Shown piece after piece: positions 28,911 to 39,165 of a stretch of 63,091 nucleotides of DNA (positions within the stretch are counted from its first letter, which is position 1; every line of letters begins with the position of its first letter). A program made the position numbers and the translations under genes. This DNA is from an uncultured Bifidobacterium sp. (GTDB taxonomy: Bacteria > Pseudomonadota > Gammaproteobacteria > Burkholderiales > Burkholderiaceae_D), in the NCBI GenBank assembly GCA_964613635.1, contig CAZTIF010000003.1, forward strand, positions 1 through 63,091. Reading direction: 5' to 3'. Under the pieces are notes generated by a model that had not been told where the DNA came from, made no database searches, and saw nothing but the letters and a program-made list of their open reading frames with translations.

Positions 28911-30875
28911 ATGACTGACAAGGAAGACGCTCCCCGCTGGCAATTGATCCGGAAGCCCGCCGCGCTGCCGGGCTTCGGTTATGGCTGCCGATATCCTTCC
29001 GTACTGGCCCTGATGGAAGGCGAGCCGCTGACACCCGCTGTGCGGCTCGGGCTGTGGGAGTGCTTTCGCGAGTGTTATCCATCGATCATCCACCCGGACG
29101 CGCCGGAGGGCGTTGCCATGGATTGGCGGCAGTCAGTCGACTGGCTGTTGGGTGCCTGGCAGGCATTGCAGGCGGGCGCAGGGTTGCCGGTCTATGAGCG
29201 CGGTCGCATCCTTGCCCTCACATCGCGACAGGCGCGGTGTGTCATCCCCACGCTGAAAGGTGCGCGGCGCGAACTGGTCGCCATCGTTCAATGCACGTTG
29301 CGCTGTCTGGACAGGTTTGCGGCCGGGGAGTCGGGCGCCGCTCTCACCGGGTTGCGCGAGGCTGCGCAAAGCCTGTCGGCCTTCAGTCCGAGCGGCTCGA
29401 ATGTGCCCCGCTTCATCCGGGCCGCCTATGAAATGGGAATGCCCTTCCAGGAGCTGCCAGGCTCGGTGGTCCAGTTCGGCCAGTCGAGCCGGGGGCGCTG
29501 GCTTGAGAGCTCGTTCACCGATGCCACTCCGAACATCTCGGCAAAACTTGCCAGAAGCAAGATCGCATCGGCCTCGTTGCTGCGGCAGGCCGGATTGCCT
29601 GTCCCGGATCATTGGCTGGTCGACGATGCGGAGGAGGCTGTACGGGCGGCGCATCATCTGGCTTACCCCGTCGTGGTCAAGCCTGCCGATCTGGACGGAG
29701 GCGTCGGGGTCGCTGCGGGATTGCGCTCGGATGATGAGGTCCGCCAGGCGTATTTGTCAGCGCGGAGTCGTTCGAGCCAAATCCTCGTCGAGAAGCATTT
29801 TGAGGGCCGGGACTATCGGGTCACGGTATTCAATGGCGAGGTCATCTGGGCTGTTGAGCGCGTCCCGGCCGGTGTCACCGGTGACGGGCGCCGGACGATC
29901 GGGGAGCTGGTGGCCATGGTCAATGCCGACCCTCGCCGGGGCACCGGTCAACATGCGCCCCTCAAGCGACTTGCGCTGGATGACGAGGCCGGGGCCTTGT
30001 TGTCCCGGCAGGGCATGAGCGAAATGTCGGTGCCCGCTTCGGGCGAGTTCGTCAGGTTGCGTCGAGCCGCCAACGTGGCGTCCGGCGGAACACCAGTTGC
30101 TGTCTTTGATGACATTCATCCGGACAATGCCCGGCTCGCTGTGCGGGCGGCGGAAGTCCTTCGGCTGGATTTGGCAGGTGTCGACCTGCTGATACCTCAT
30201 GTTGCCCGATCGTGGCGGGATACCGGTGCAGCGATTTGCGAAGTCAACGGGCAGCCAAATCTCGGGCAGACAACGGCGGCCCACCTTTACGCCCAAATAC
30301 TGCGCAGCCTGGTTCGCGGATCCGGTCGTGTGCCGGTGGTCCTCGTCTTGGGCGCTGCCGAGCCAGAGCGCTGGCTTGATGCGTTGGCGGCAAAGATGGC
30401 TGTTTCCGGATCCCGGGTGGGCGTGGCGGGATCCCGTGGGGTGTACGAGGATGGCGATTTGATTCATCCCGGCCCGGTTTCGCCGTACGACGGCGGAAAA
30501 ATGCTTGTCCTTGGTCGCAGGGTAGATCTGGCACTGGTTGCGATAAATGACGACAGCATCTTGCACCAAGGCCTGCCATTCGATCGCTTTGACATGCTCA
30601 TTCTCGCCGGCGCAAACATCCGGCCGGACAAGGCCGAAGCCGGGCAAGGGCGAGAGAACCTGATCGCCCAATTGCTGGCGAGTCTCCTGCCATCCTGCGA
30701 TGGCGTCATCATCACTCCCGGCACGGCCGGAATACATGTCAGCGGGATGGTTGGCGAAACCACGGCGACCTGGCATGACCTCGCGGGAAAAATGGCGGAA
30801 GTCGCCGATCAGGCAACGCAGTTGATGTGGGAATGCGTCGATCGTCGCGAGCATGAATTCGTATTAAAATCTTGA
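28911..30875 (+). CDS. Cyanophycin synthetase-like ATP-grasp protein lacking the Mur P-loop
   Basis: QFGQSSRGRWLESSFTD, AGLPVP, YPVVVKPADLDGGVGV, EKHFEGRDYR, VTGDG, ANVASGG, AGVDLLIP, CEVNGQP, then GRVPVVLVLG. Confidence 0.9.
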   Translation: MTDKEDAPRWQLIRKPAALPGFGYGCRYPSVLALMEGEPLTPAVRLGLWECFRECYPSIIHPDAPEGVAMDWRQSVDWLLGAWQALQAGAGLPVYERGRILALTSRQARCVIPTLKGARRELVAIVQCTLRCLDRFAAGESGAALTGLREAAQSLSAFSPSGSNVPRFIRAAYEMGMPFQELPGSVVQFGQSSRGRWLESSFTDATPNISAKLARSKIASASLLRQAGLPVPDHWLVDDAEEAVRAAHHLAYPVVVKPADLDGGVGVAAGLRSDDEVRQAYLSARSRSSQILVEKHFEGRDYRVTVFNGEVIWAVERVPAGVTGDGRRTIGELVAMVNADPRRGTGQHAPLKRLALDDEAGALLSRQGMSEMSVPASGEFVRLRRAANVASGGTPVAVFDDIHPDNARLAVRAAEVLRLDLAGVDLLIPHVARSWRDTGAAICEVNGQPNLGQTTAAHLYAQILRSLVRGSGRVPVVLVLGAAEPERWLDALAAKMAVSGSRVGVAGSRGVYEDGDLIHPGPVSPYDGGKMLVLGRRVDLALVAINDDSILHQGLPFDRFDMLILAGANIRPDKAEAGQGRENLIAQLLASLLPSCDGVIITPGTAGIHVSGMVGETTATWHDLAGKMAEVADQATQLMWECVDRREHEFVLKS

Positions 30876-31176
30876 CTGTTTCTGCCGTTAAAGCCCGTAA
30901 GCAGGTGACGATTGCCGGATACTTGCGGGGTTCCAGTTCGGCGGGCTGGCATGCTCGTTTTTTTCAATGGAACCGATCTCGGTTCCCGGCACCTAGTGAA
31001 GCCGGCGCTTCTTTCCGCGGGTTGTCGATTCGGGGCGCCGCCGTGAGGTATTCGCAGACGTAACACTTTCCTCCTTCATTGTGGCTGCGAGCAGATTGCG
31101 ATCTTGCGCTCCCCCGACGACACCCGGAGGCCGTCGGCATCATCGGTAAAACAATCCTGAATTCGGAACCGGCGAC

Positions 31177-34047
31177 ATGCTACCCATTGAAAAGATCAGT
31201 CCAAATCATGTCAATGCGTCATTGACGGCATTGGCTTCAATCATTTCCCTTTCCCCCATTCGGTTCAGGCTCGTCATTCCAGTCGACCCCTTGTTCGCGG
31301 ATGACGTGCAGTGGCACTTGGGTTTTATCGGCAGCCTCGGCTTTGTCGTCGCGAAGTCCGCGACGAACACGGGTGGCATTGAAGCGGTCTGGGCCGACTA
31401 CCGGGGCAGTGGCGTGGCTGTCGGCGTCTGGGACGACGGCATCCAGCGTACGCACTGGGACCTCAGCGCCAATTACGACGCGTCCAGGCAAGTGACCATC
31501 AATGGCCTGCTCAACGACGGCCAACCCGTGACAGCCGACGACGGTCACGGCACGTCCGTCGCCGGATTGATTGCTGCCGATGACAACGGTCGCGGCGGCG
31601 TCGGCATCGCACATGACGCAAAGATCACGGCGATCCGGATCTTCGGTGGGGCCGACGATATCAACAGCGCCTGGTCGCGGTATTTGCTGACGCTCGACAG
31701 CCTCGGGCAGTTTGATGTCACCAACCACAGTTATGGCGGTTATCCCGACTTCTACAACTACGGCGACGTCGCGAAGTTCGAGGCGGCGGCCGTGTCCGGG
31801 CGCGGCGGGCTGGGTACGGTGAATGTGAAGTCTGCCGGGAATGACGATGTCGATGGCAATGGCGAGGCGCTGGACTCGTCGCGGTTCACCGTCACGGTCG
31901 CCGCGATAAGCAACAATGGTTCTGGCAACATCGCGTCCTACTCGACGTATGGCGCGCATGTGCTGGTCTCGGCGCCGGCGGCGTCCGTGACGACCGATCT
32001 GCAGGGGAGCGGTCCCGGCTACGACGGCCTGCTCGATGGCGACTATACCAATGGGTTCGGCGGGACTTCCGCCGCCGGGCCGGTGACGGCGGGCGTGATT
32101 GCCCTGATGCTGGACGCGAACCCCGGCCTCGGCTGGCGCGATGTCCAGAACATCCTGGCGTACAGCGCGATCGGCGTCGGCAGTTTGTACAGCGGTGTGG
32201 CAACCAACGAAGACTCGGCATGGAAATGGAATGGCGCAGCCAACTGGAACGGCGGCGACCTGCATTTCAGCGAGGACTACGGTTATGGGATGGTGAACGC
32301 CTACAACGCGGTCAGGATGGCCGAGGTCTGGAGCATTCTCCATCCACAGGCCGCCACCTCCGCCACCGAGGCCATGGTCACGACCGGGACGCTGGCGGTA
32401 AACCAGTCGATTGCCGATCTCGCTACGCTGAATTACAGCTTCGCCGTGGCCGAGGACATCAGCCTCGAGCATGTCGCTCTCACCGTGTCGCTTACGCACT
32501 CGTATTTCACGGATCTGCGAATCCGTCTGGTCTCCCCGGACGGCGCTGCCATGACACTGTACGACGGCAGTACTGGCAGCGGAAGCACCGCAGATGGAAC
32601 ATTGACCTATACGTTTGGCGCCGATGGCTATCGTGGTCTAGGCAGCGCCGGCACCTGGACCTTGCAGGTCCAGGATGCCTCCGCCGCAGATGCCGGCCTG
32701 CTGAGGTCGGTCGCCTTTACGGGTTATGGTTCCGCCGCCAGTGCAGACAGCGTCTACCACTACACCGACGAGGTGCTGTCGGTGCTGCAGCTGGACGGCC
32801 AGTCGGGCCGCCGGGTGCTGGCCGATTCGGACGGCGGTACCGATTGGGTCGACGCGGCAGCCATGGCCGGCAATCTTGTTCTGGACCTCGACGCGGCCAG
32901 CACGTCGACGGTCGGCGGCGAGGCCTTCCTGATGATCGCCGATGCCACGCTGATCGAAAATGCCATCGGTGGCGATGGCAACGACAGGATCGAGGGCAAC
33001 GGCGCCGCCAACACGCTGTATGGCATGCGCGGCGATGACGCGCTGTACGGGATGGGCGGCAACGATACGCTGGTCGGTGGCGACGGGCTCGATATCGCCG
33101 GGTTCAGCGGACTGCGGTCGGCGTATGAAATTCTCGCGGCTGGCGGGGTGACGACTGTTATCGGCCCTGACGGAACCGATACGCAGACCGGTTTCGAAGT
33201 CTTGCGTTTCGCGGATGTCGATATCGATGATCCTTCCGCGGTTGCCAATCCTCCCGACGGCGTTGCGCCGACGCTGGTGTCCAGCACGCCGGCCGACAAT
33301 GCGACCGCCATCGCGGTCGGCGCGGATCTCGTGCTGACCTTCAGCGAGGCTGTGCAGGCAGGGTCGGGTGCCGTCGCCATCTATGACGCAGGCGGAAATC
33401 TGTTCGAGCGCTTCGAGGCCGGTGCGCTCGCGTTTTCGGGATCGGTCGTCACGATCAATCCGTCGACGAGCCTTGCCAAGGATGCCTCGTACTACGTCCG
33501 GATTGACCACGGGGCGGTCAAGGACCTGGCCGGCAATGAGTTTGCGGGGATCGGGGACGCGACCACGCTGAATTTCTCGACCGAGGCGAGCGTCACCGTC
33601 ATCACCGGAACCAGCCGCAATGACCGATTGAGCGGGACGTCGCGGAATGACCTGATCCAGGGCTTGGGCGGGAATGACAGCCTCTTCGGCAAGCTGGGCC
33701 TGGACACGCTGGTCGGTGGCGCCGGCAAGGACTATTTCATTTTCGATACCGCGGCGGGCGCGGGCAATGTCGATACGATCCAGGGGTTCAATGTCCGCGA
33801 CGACACGATTCGTCTCGAGAATGCGCTCTTCAGCCGGCTGACCAAAACCGGTGCCCTCGCCTCGGCCTCATTCCGGGCGAATTCGGGGGGCGTTGCTTTG
33901 GACAGCAATGACTACGTGCTGCTCGACACGAATACCGGCCGCGTTTTCTATGACGCCGATGGCAATGGCGCGGGTGCTGCGTTACATCTCATGACGCTGC
34001 TCGACGTGGTGGGTACCGTATCGGTGTCCGATTTCGAGGTGATATAA
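31177..34047 (+). CDS. Kexin-like S8 serine peptidase with P-domain, Ig-like domain and RTX repeats
   Basis: Catalytic triad WDDG / HGTSVAG / GTSAAGP. P-domain (THSYFTDLRIRLVSPDG, GTWTLQVQD), IENAIGGDGND, Ig-like LVLTFSEAV...DLAGN, GGxGxD repeats. Start uncertain. Confidence 0.92.
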   Translation: MLPIEKISPNHVNASLTALASIISLSPIRFRLVIPVDPLFADDVQWHLGFIGSLGFVVAKSATNTGGIEAVWADYRGSGVAVGVWDDGIQRTHWDLSANYDASRQVTINGLLNDGQPVTADDGHGTSVAGLIAADDNGRGGVGIAHDAKITAIRIFGGADDINSAWSRYLLTLDSLGQFDVTNHSYGGYPDFYNYGDVAKFEAAAVSGRGGLGTVNVKSAGNDDVDGNGEALDSSRFTVTVAAISNNGSGNIASYSTYGAHVLVSAPAASVTTDLQGSGPGYDGLLDGDYTNGFGGTSAAGPVTAGVIALMLDANPGLGWRDVQNILAYSAIGVGSLYSGVATNEDSAWKWNGAANWNGGDLHFSEDYGYGMVNAYNAVRMAEVWSILHPQAATSATEAMVTTGTLAVNQSIADLATLNYSFAVAEDISLEHVALTVSLTHSYFTDLRIRLVSPDGAAMTLYDGSTGSGSTADGTLTYTFGADGYRGLGSAGTWTLQVQDASAADAGLLRSVAFTGYGSAASADSVYHYTDEVLSVLQLDGQSGRRVLADSDGGTDWVDAAAMAGNLVLDLDAASTSTVGGEAFLMIADATLIENAIGGDGNDRIEGNGAANTLYGMRGDDALYGMGGNDTLVGGDGLDIAGFSGLRSAYEILAAGGVTTVIGPDGTDTQTGFEVLRFADVDIDDPSAVANPPDGVAPTLVSSTPADNATAIAVGADLVLTFSEAVQAGSGAVAIYDAGGNLFERFEAGALAFSGSVVTINPSTSLAKDASYYVRIDHGAVKDLAGNEFAGIGDATTLNFSTEASVTVITGTSRNDRLSGTSRNDLIQGLGGNDSLFGKLGLDTLVGGAGKDYFIFDTAAGAGNVDTIQGFNVRDDTIRLENALFSRLTKTGALASASFRANSGGVALDSNDYVLLDTNTGRVFYDADGNGAGAALHLMTLLDVVGTVSVSDFEVI

Positions 34048-34203
34048 GCAGCGTCATCCCCGGCTGCGCTGCTACCATTGCGGCATTGCAGGCATTCCGA
34101 TTCATGCGGCTGTCTGCCGTGCGTCCCCTGTTTTTTTGCGGCCAGGCTGCATGCATACGCTACGGCCATGCATGCGCCTGTGTCGGCATTTCTCGGATCA
34201 TCA

Positions 34204-34995
34204 ATGAAGACAATCTCTGAAGGACAACTCGGCACACTATGCCGCATCGCAGAAACGGCCGGCCGGGAAATCCTTGCGGTCTATGAGCAAGGCGGGGAAA
34301 TCTGGGAAAAGGCCGATGCTTCGCCGCTGACCGAGGCGGATCTGCGGGCGGATCGTGTGATCCGCGCCGGGCTTGAGCAGCATTTTCCCGGCACATTCAT
34401 TCTTTCGGAGGAGTCGCGATCCTCGGGGGAGAGTGGCGGAGACGAGTTCTTCCTGGTGGATCCGCTCGATGGCACCAAGGAGTTCATCAAGCGGAATGGC
34501 GAGTTCACCGTGAACATCGCGTGGGTGGTACGCGGCCAGCCCGTCGCCGGCGTCGTGTTTGCGCCGGCACTTGATGAACTGTTTTATGCGGGTGTGGGCC
34601 TGGGCGCATGGAAGCGGGACACGTCGGGATTGCACGCGATCGCCGTGGCCATTCGTTCAGACGAACAACCATTGCGCGTCATCGGTAGCCGTTCACATGG
34701 CGGAGACAAGCTCGCCGAATGGCTGTCGTTGCTGCGCAGTGACTACAGTTTTGTGGCAGCGGGCAGCTCGCTGAAGTTTTGCCGGATCGCGGAAGGCGGT
34801 GCTGACATTTATCCGCGCTTCGGCCCGACCAGCCAGTGGGACACGGCGGCAGCACAGTGCGTGCTCGAAATCGCGGGCGGCTCGGTCACTGATCTGGAAG
34901 GCAGGCCTTTGCGTTACGGACTTGAGCGTCCGCTGTTGAACCCCGAGTTCATTGCGGCGGGATCGGCGGTGCCGTCCTTGGTCGGTCAGTTGTAA
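34204..34995 (+). CDS. cysQ: 3'(2'),5'-bisphosphate nucleotidase CysQ
   Basis: K.D.SPLTEAD, LSEE, DPLDGTKEF, GSSLKFC, YPRFGPTSQWDTAA. Confidence 0.93.
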   Translation: MKTISEGQLGTLCRIAETAGREILAVYEQGGEIWEKADASPLTEADLRADRVIRAGLEQHFPGTFILSEESRSSGESGGDEFFLVDPLDGTKEFIKRNGEFTVNIAWVVRGQPVAGVVFAPALDELFYAGVGLGAWKRDTSGLHAIAVAIRSDEQPLRVIGSRSHGGDKLAEWLSLLRSDYSFVAAGSSLKFCRIAEGGADIYPRFGPTSQWDTAAAQCVLEIAGGSVTDLEGRPLRYGLERPLLNPEFIAAGSAVPSLVGQL

Positions 34996-35072
34996 GCGGC
35001 CGGCCCCCTTCCGGCATGGCGCAAACTTCGGACGGCATGTTCGTGATGCCCACGGCTGATCGGGCAAGGGCC

Positions 35073-36320
35073 ATGAACATCCTCTTCATCCACCAGAACT
35101 TCCCCGGCCAGTTCAAGTTCCTCGCGCCCGAACTGGCACGGCAGGGACATCAGGTCAGCGCGCTGCTGATGCGCAAGGTGGACGCGCCGCAGTGGCAAGG
35201 CGTGCGCCTGCTTCCCTATGCGGTGGCGCGCGGCTCCACGCCGGGCGTGCATCCGTGGCTGGCGGATTTCGAGACCAAGACCATACGCGGCGATGCCTGT
35301 CATCGCGCGGCGCTGGGTCTGAAAGCGCAGGGGTATGTGCCGGACGTGATCATCGCGCATCCGGCCTGGGGCGAGAGCCTGTTCGTCAAGGAGGTCTGGC
35401 CGCAGGCGAAACTGGGCATCTACGCCGAGTTTTTCTATCGCGCCGAGGGCGCGGACGTCGGATTCGATCCCGAGTTCGGCGCACCCGATGAAAGTACGCC
35501 CTGCCGCTTGCGGCTGAAGAACCTGAGCTACCTGCTGCACTTCGAGACGGCCGACGCCGGCATCGCGCCGACCGAGTGGCAGGCGAGCGGCTTTCCACCG
35601 CCTTTTCGCAGCAGGATCGCCGTCATCCATGACGGCATCGACACGGCGGCCGTGGCTCCTGATCCGGATGTGCGCCTGCAGCTCGCGAACGGGCTGGTGC
35701 TGTCGCGGGACGACGAGGTCGTGACTTTCGTGAACCGCAACCTCGAGCCTTATCGCGGCTATCACGTCTTCATGCGCGCGCTGCCGCGTCTGCTGAAAGA
35801 GCGGCCGCAGGCGCAGGTGCTGATCGTCGGCGGCGATGCCGTCAGCTACGGCGCGCAGGCGCCGGACGGCAAGACGTGGAAGGACATCTTCGCGGCCGAG
35901 GTGCGCCCGCGCATTGCGGACGCCGACTGGGCGCGCGTGCACTTCCCCGGCAACCTGCCCTATGCGCAGTTCGTGCGCCTGCTGCAGCTGTCGACGGTGC
36001 ATGTCTACCTGACCTATCCTTTCGTGCTGTCCTGGAGCCTGCTGGAGGCAATGAGCGCCGGTTGTGCGATCGTGGCCAGCGACACCGCGCCGCTGCGCGA
36101 GGCGATCCGGCATGACGAGACCGGCCGGCTGGTCGACTTCTTCGACGCCGATGCGCTGGCGGCGGAAGTGGCCGCGCTGCTGGCCGATCCGGACGCGCGC
36201 GCGCGGTTGGGCCGCAATGCGCGCGAATTCGCAGTCCGCCGTTACGACCTGCGGTCGGTCTGCCTGCCGGCGCAGCTGCGCTGGGTGCAGTCGCTGGCGC
36301 AGGGCGGGGCTGCGGTCTAG
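35073..36320 (+). CDS. Glycosyltransferase family 4 protein
   Basis: MNILFIHQNFPGQF, HPAWGE, RNLEPYRG, YLTYPFVLSWSLLEAMSAG. Confidence 0.92.
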   Translation: MNILFIHQNFPGQFKFLAPELARQGHQVSALLMRKVDAPQWQGVRLLPYAVARGSTPGVHPWLADFETKTIRGDACHRAALGLKAQGYVPDVIIAHPAWGESLFVKEVWPQAKLGIYAEFFYRAEGADVGFDPEFGAPDESTPCRLRLKNLSYLLHFETADAGIAPTEWQASGFPPPFRSRIAVIHDGIDTAAVAPDPDVRLQLANGLVLSRDDEVVTFVNRNLEPYRGYHVFMRALPRLLKERPQAQVLIVGGDAVSYGAQAPDGKTWKDIFAAEVRPRIADADWARVHFPGNLPYAQFVRLLQLSTVHVYLTYPFVLSWSLLEAMSAGCAIVASDTAPLREAIRHDETGRLVDFFDADALAAEVAALLADPDARARLGRNAREFAVRRYDLRSVCLPAQLRWVQSLAQGGAAV

Positions 36321-36377
36321 AGGGTATTCAAGTCCGGCGCGCCGCCGCCGATTACTCCGTCATCTGCATTTCCGCCG

Positions 36378-37739
36378 ATGACGCGCATGCCTTCGTTTTC
36401 CTACAACGGCCACACCTACGACATTGTCGCCTCCGCACTGACCTGGGAGCAGGCCGGCGCCGAGGCGCTGCGCCGCGGCGGCTACCTCGCAATCATTTCG
36501 ACCGCCGAAGAAAATCTCGCGATCTACCAGCATGCCGCCGCCTTGCTCGGCCGCGCACCGTCGGCGCCGGACGGCGGCGGTTCGCGCTACGTCTGGATCG
36601 GCGGCTCGGACTTGGTGACCGAGGGCGACTGGCGCTGGAGCGACGGCAGCACGCTTGCCGGCAGCTATGCGAACTGGGGCAAGGGCTCGTGGGGCGATGA
36701 ACCTTATGATGAAGGCGGACAGGACGCGCTGGCCATGGGGCTGGAGCGCTGGCCGAATGGCACCGGCGGACTGGGCAGTGGCGGACAGTGGAATGACATC
36801 GCCCCCGGCAACCTGCTGTACTTCGTGGTCGAGCGCGGCTCTCTCGACGATCCGCACGTCGTCGGGACGGCGCTGTATTCGTCTTTTGCCGTGGCCGCGC
36901 TGCCGGCCGCGCTGACCGACCTGATCCTGACCGGCACGGCCACCGTCGCTGCTTGCGGCAATGCGCTCGCCAATACCATCGAGGGCAATACGGCGGGCAA
37001 CCGCCTGTACGGACTCGATGGGGCGGACACGATACACGGAATGGCCGGCGCCGACCTGCTCGATGGAGGTGCAGCGGATGATGCGCTGCACGGCGACGAC
37101 GGCAATGACAGGCTGCGCGGCGGCGATGGCAGCGACACGCTCGACGGCGGCACCGGCGTCGACCGGCTGGCCGGCGGTGCAGGCGACGATCTCTACCTGC
37201 TCGCCGATGGCAGTGCCGGCGACCGCGTGGCCGAGAAGGCCGGCGAGGGCGACGATACGATCAGCGCCGGCGCCAACTGCCGGCTGCCCCGCGAGGTCGA
37301 GCGCCTGTGGCTGACGGGTAGCGGCGACACGGCCGGCATCGGCAACGCCGGTGATAACACGCTGAGCGGCAACGACGGCAATAACCGCCTGCTCGGCAAG
37401 GCGGGCAGCGACACGCTGGAGGGCGGAGCCGGCAGTGACAGCTTCTGCTTCGATACCCGGATCGGCGAGGATGTCGATACGGTGGTCGATTTCAGCAGCG
37501 GCGAGGACAGGCTGTGCCTGGATCGCAGGGTGTTCGGCCCGGCACAGCCCGGCGTGCAGGCCGGCGCTGCGCTGGCCAACGGGTGGGAGGCCGAGGGGGC
37601 GGCGACGCGCTTCGTGTTCGACGCCACCAGCGGCATGCTGTACTTCGATCCGGACGGCGCAGGCGACCGGCCGGCGGTGCCGTTTGTGGTGCTGTCCGGC
37701 GTCAGCAGCCTGCTGCCGGATGACCTCGTGTTCTGCTGA
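36378..37739 (+). CDS. C-type lectin domain plus RTX calcium-binding repeat protein
   Basis: YNGHTY, LTWEQA...GGYLA.I...EEN, WIGGSD...EGDWRW, WND. GGxGxD repeats. C-terminal LYFDPDGAG...DDLVF. Confidence 0.88.
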   Translation: MTRMPSFSYNGHTYDIVASALTWEQAGAEALRRGGYLAIISTAEENLAIYQHAAALLGRAPSAPDGGGSRYVWIGGSDLVTEGDWRWSDGSTLAGSYANWGKGSWGDEPYDEGGQDALAMGLERWPNGTGGLGSGGQWNDIAPGNLLYFVVERGSLDDPHVVGTALYSSFAVAALPAALTDLILTGTATVAACGNALANTIEGNTAGNRLYGLDGADTIHGMAGADLLDGGAADDALHGDDGNDRLRGGDGSDTLDGGTGVDRLAGGAGDDLYLLADGSAGDRVAEKAGEGDDTISAGANCRLPREVERLWLTGSGDTAGIGNAGDNTLSGNDGNNRLLGKAGSDTLEGGAGSDSFCFDTRIGEDVDTVVDFSSGEDRLCLDRRVFGPAQPGVQAGAALANGWEAEGAATRFVFDATSGMLYFDPDGAGDRPAVPFVVLSGVSSLLPDDLVFC

Positions 37740-37781
37740 CGCAGTCCGGGCCGGCATCGACCCGGGCTGCCCGGGGGCGCG

Positions 37782-39149
37782 TTACTCTTCCTTCATCGCC
37801 GCGGCGATGCGCTTGGTCAGCGGATGCAGCAGGTAGGTCAGCAGCGAACGCTCGCCGGTCTTGATCAGCACTTCGGCGTTCATGCCGGGCTGCAGCTGGC
37901 GGTCGCCGAGCTGCTTGATGCCCTCGGGAGTCAGGCTGACGCGCGCGAGGTAGTACGACACGGTGCCGGCCGGCGTCTGTTCGGACACCACGTCGCTCGA
38001 GATCGAGTTGATCACGCCATCGACGACCAGCTGCGGCGTGCGGGCGAACGCGGAGAAACGCACCGCCACCGGGTCGCTGGCGCGTACGCGGTCGATCACC
38101 TGGGTGGGTACGCGCGCTTCCAGCACCACGCCCTCGTCTTTCGGCACGATGTCCATCAGCTTTTGACCGGGGCTTGCGACACCACCGACCGAAGCGATGG
38201 CCAGGCCGACGACTTGCCCGTCGACCGGGGCCTTGATCTTCACGCGCCCGAGCTCGGCCGTGATTGCGTCGAGCTTTTCGCGGCCTGCCTGCACCTCGCG
38301 GCGCACGTCGGCCAGCTGGCCCGCCACTTCCTTTGCGCCATCCGTCAGGCGCTGTGCCTTGCGCAGCCTGAGCTCGGCGATCGCGCGTTCGGTGCGTGTT
38401 TTCGAAGCGTTCAGTTCCGCCTGAATCGCGCTCAATTCGGCCTGTGACTGTTCCAGCGTCAGCACCTGGTTGCGCGGCACATAGCCGTCAGCGGCGAGTT
38501 CGGCCATGTTCTTCAGCTGCTCGCCCTGCTTCTGCGCTTGCAGCTTGCGGTTCTCCAGTTGCAGCCGTATGCCGGCCAGCGTCGCCTCTTGCCCGGCGAT
38601 GGATTCGTCGATCGCGGCCAGTTCGCTGCGCAGCGACGCGCGGCGCGACTGGAACAGCTGGGTCTGGGTGGCGATGTGCTGCCCGATCACGGGATCATCG
38701 CTGGCCGCCATCAGGTCCTTGTGAAAATTGATGCCTTCACGCCGCTCGAGCTCTGCCAGCAGCCGGCTCTCGGCCGCGCGCTGTCCCATGTAATTCTGGC
38801 GGATCGATTCGAAGTTGGCGCGGGTCGCACCATCGTCGAGCTCGACCAGCGTGTCACCGGCCTTCACCCGCTGGCCTTCGCGCACCGCGACCTGGCGGAT
38901 GATGCCGCCGGACTGGTGCTGGATGGTCTTGCGCTTGGTGTCGATGGCGACCGAGGCGACTGCGGGCACGCCCTCGTCGAGCGGCGCATAGGCGGCCCAT
39001 GCGAGGAAGCCGCCGAAGCCCAGCACCAGCGCGATGACGCCCAGCCGGATGGTCGAGCGGGTGTCGGTGGGCAGGTCCGGCGTCAGTTCGACCACGTTGG
39101 TGGCGTCGCTGGCATTCTGCTTCGAGAGCTGCAGCGCGGAGTTTTTCAT
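37782..39149 (-). CDS. HlyD-family T1SS periplasmic adaptor
   Basis: WAAYAPLDEG, IQHQSGGII, IKAPVDGQV, LQPGMNAEVLIKTGERSLLTYL. Confidence 0.95.
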   Translation of the reverse strand: MKNSALQLSKQNASDATNVVELTPDLPTDTRSTIRLGVIALVLGFGGFLAWAAYAPLDEGVPAVASVAIDTKRKTIQHQSGGIIRQVAVREGQRVKAGDTLVELDDGATRANFESIRQNYMGQRAAESRLLAELERREGINFHKDLMAASDDPVIGQHIATQTQLFQSRRASLRSELAAIDESIAGQEATLAGIRLQLENRKLQAQKQGEQLKNMAELAADGYVPRNQVLTLEQSQAELSAIQAELNASKTRTERAIAELRLRKAQRLTDGAKEVAGQLADVRREVQAGREKLDAITAELGRVKIKAPVDGQVVGLAIASVGGVASPGQKLMDIVPKDEGVVLEARVPTQVIDRVRASDPVAVRFSAFARTPQLVVDGVINSISSDVVSEQTPAGTVSYYLARVSLTPEGIKQLGDRQLQPGMNAEVLIKTGERSLLTYLLHPLTKRIAAAMKEE

Positions 39150-39165
39150 GTCGTTCTTTTCCTTG

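Noticed and set aside
28911..30875. Canonical cyanophycin storage locus (cphA1/cphB)
   Set aside because: The proteins lack the Mur P-loop and are too short, and no cyanophycinase is in the window.
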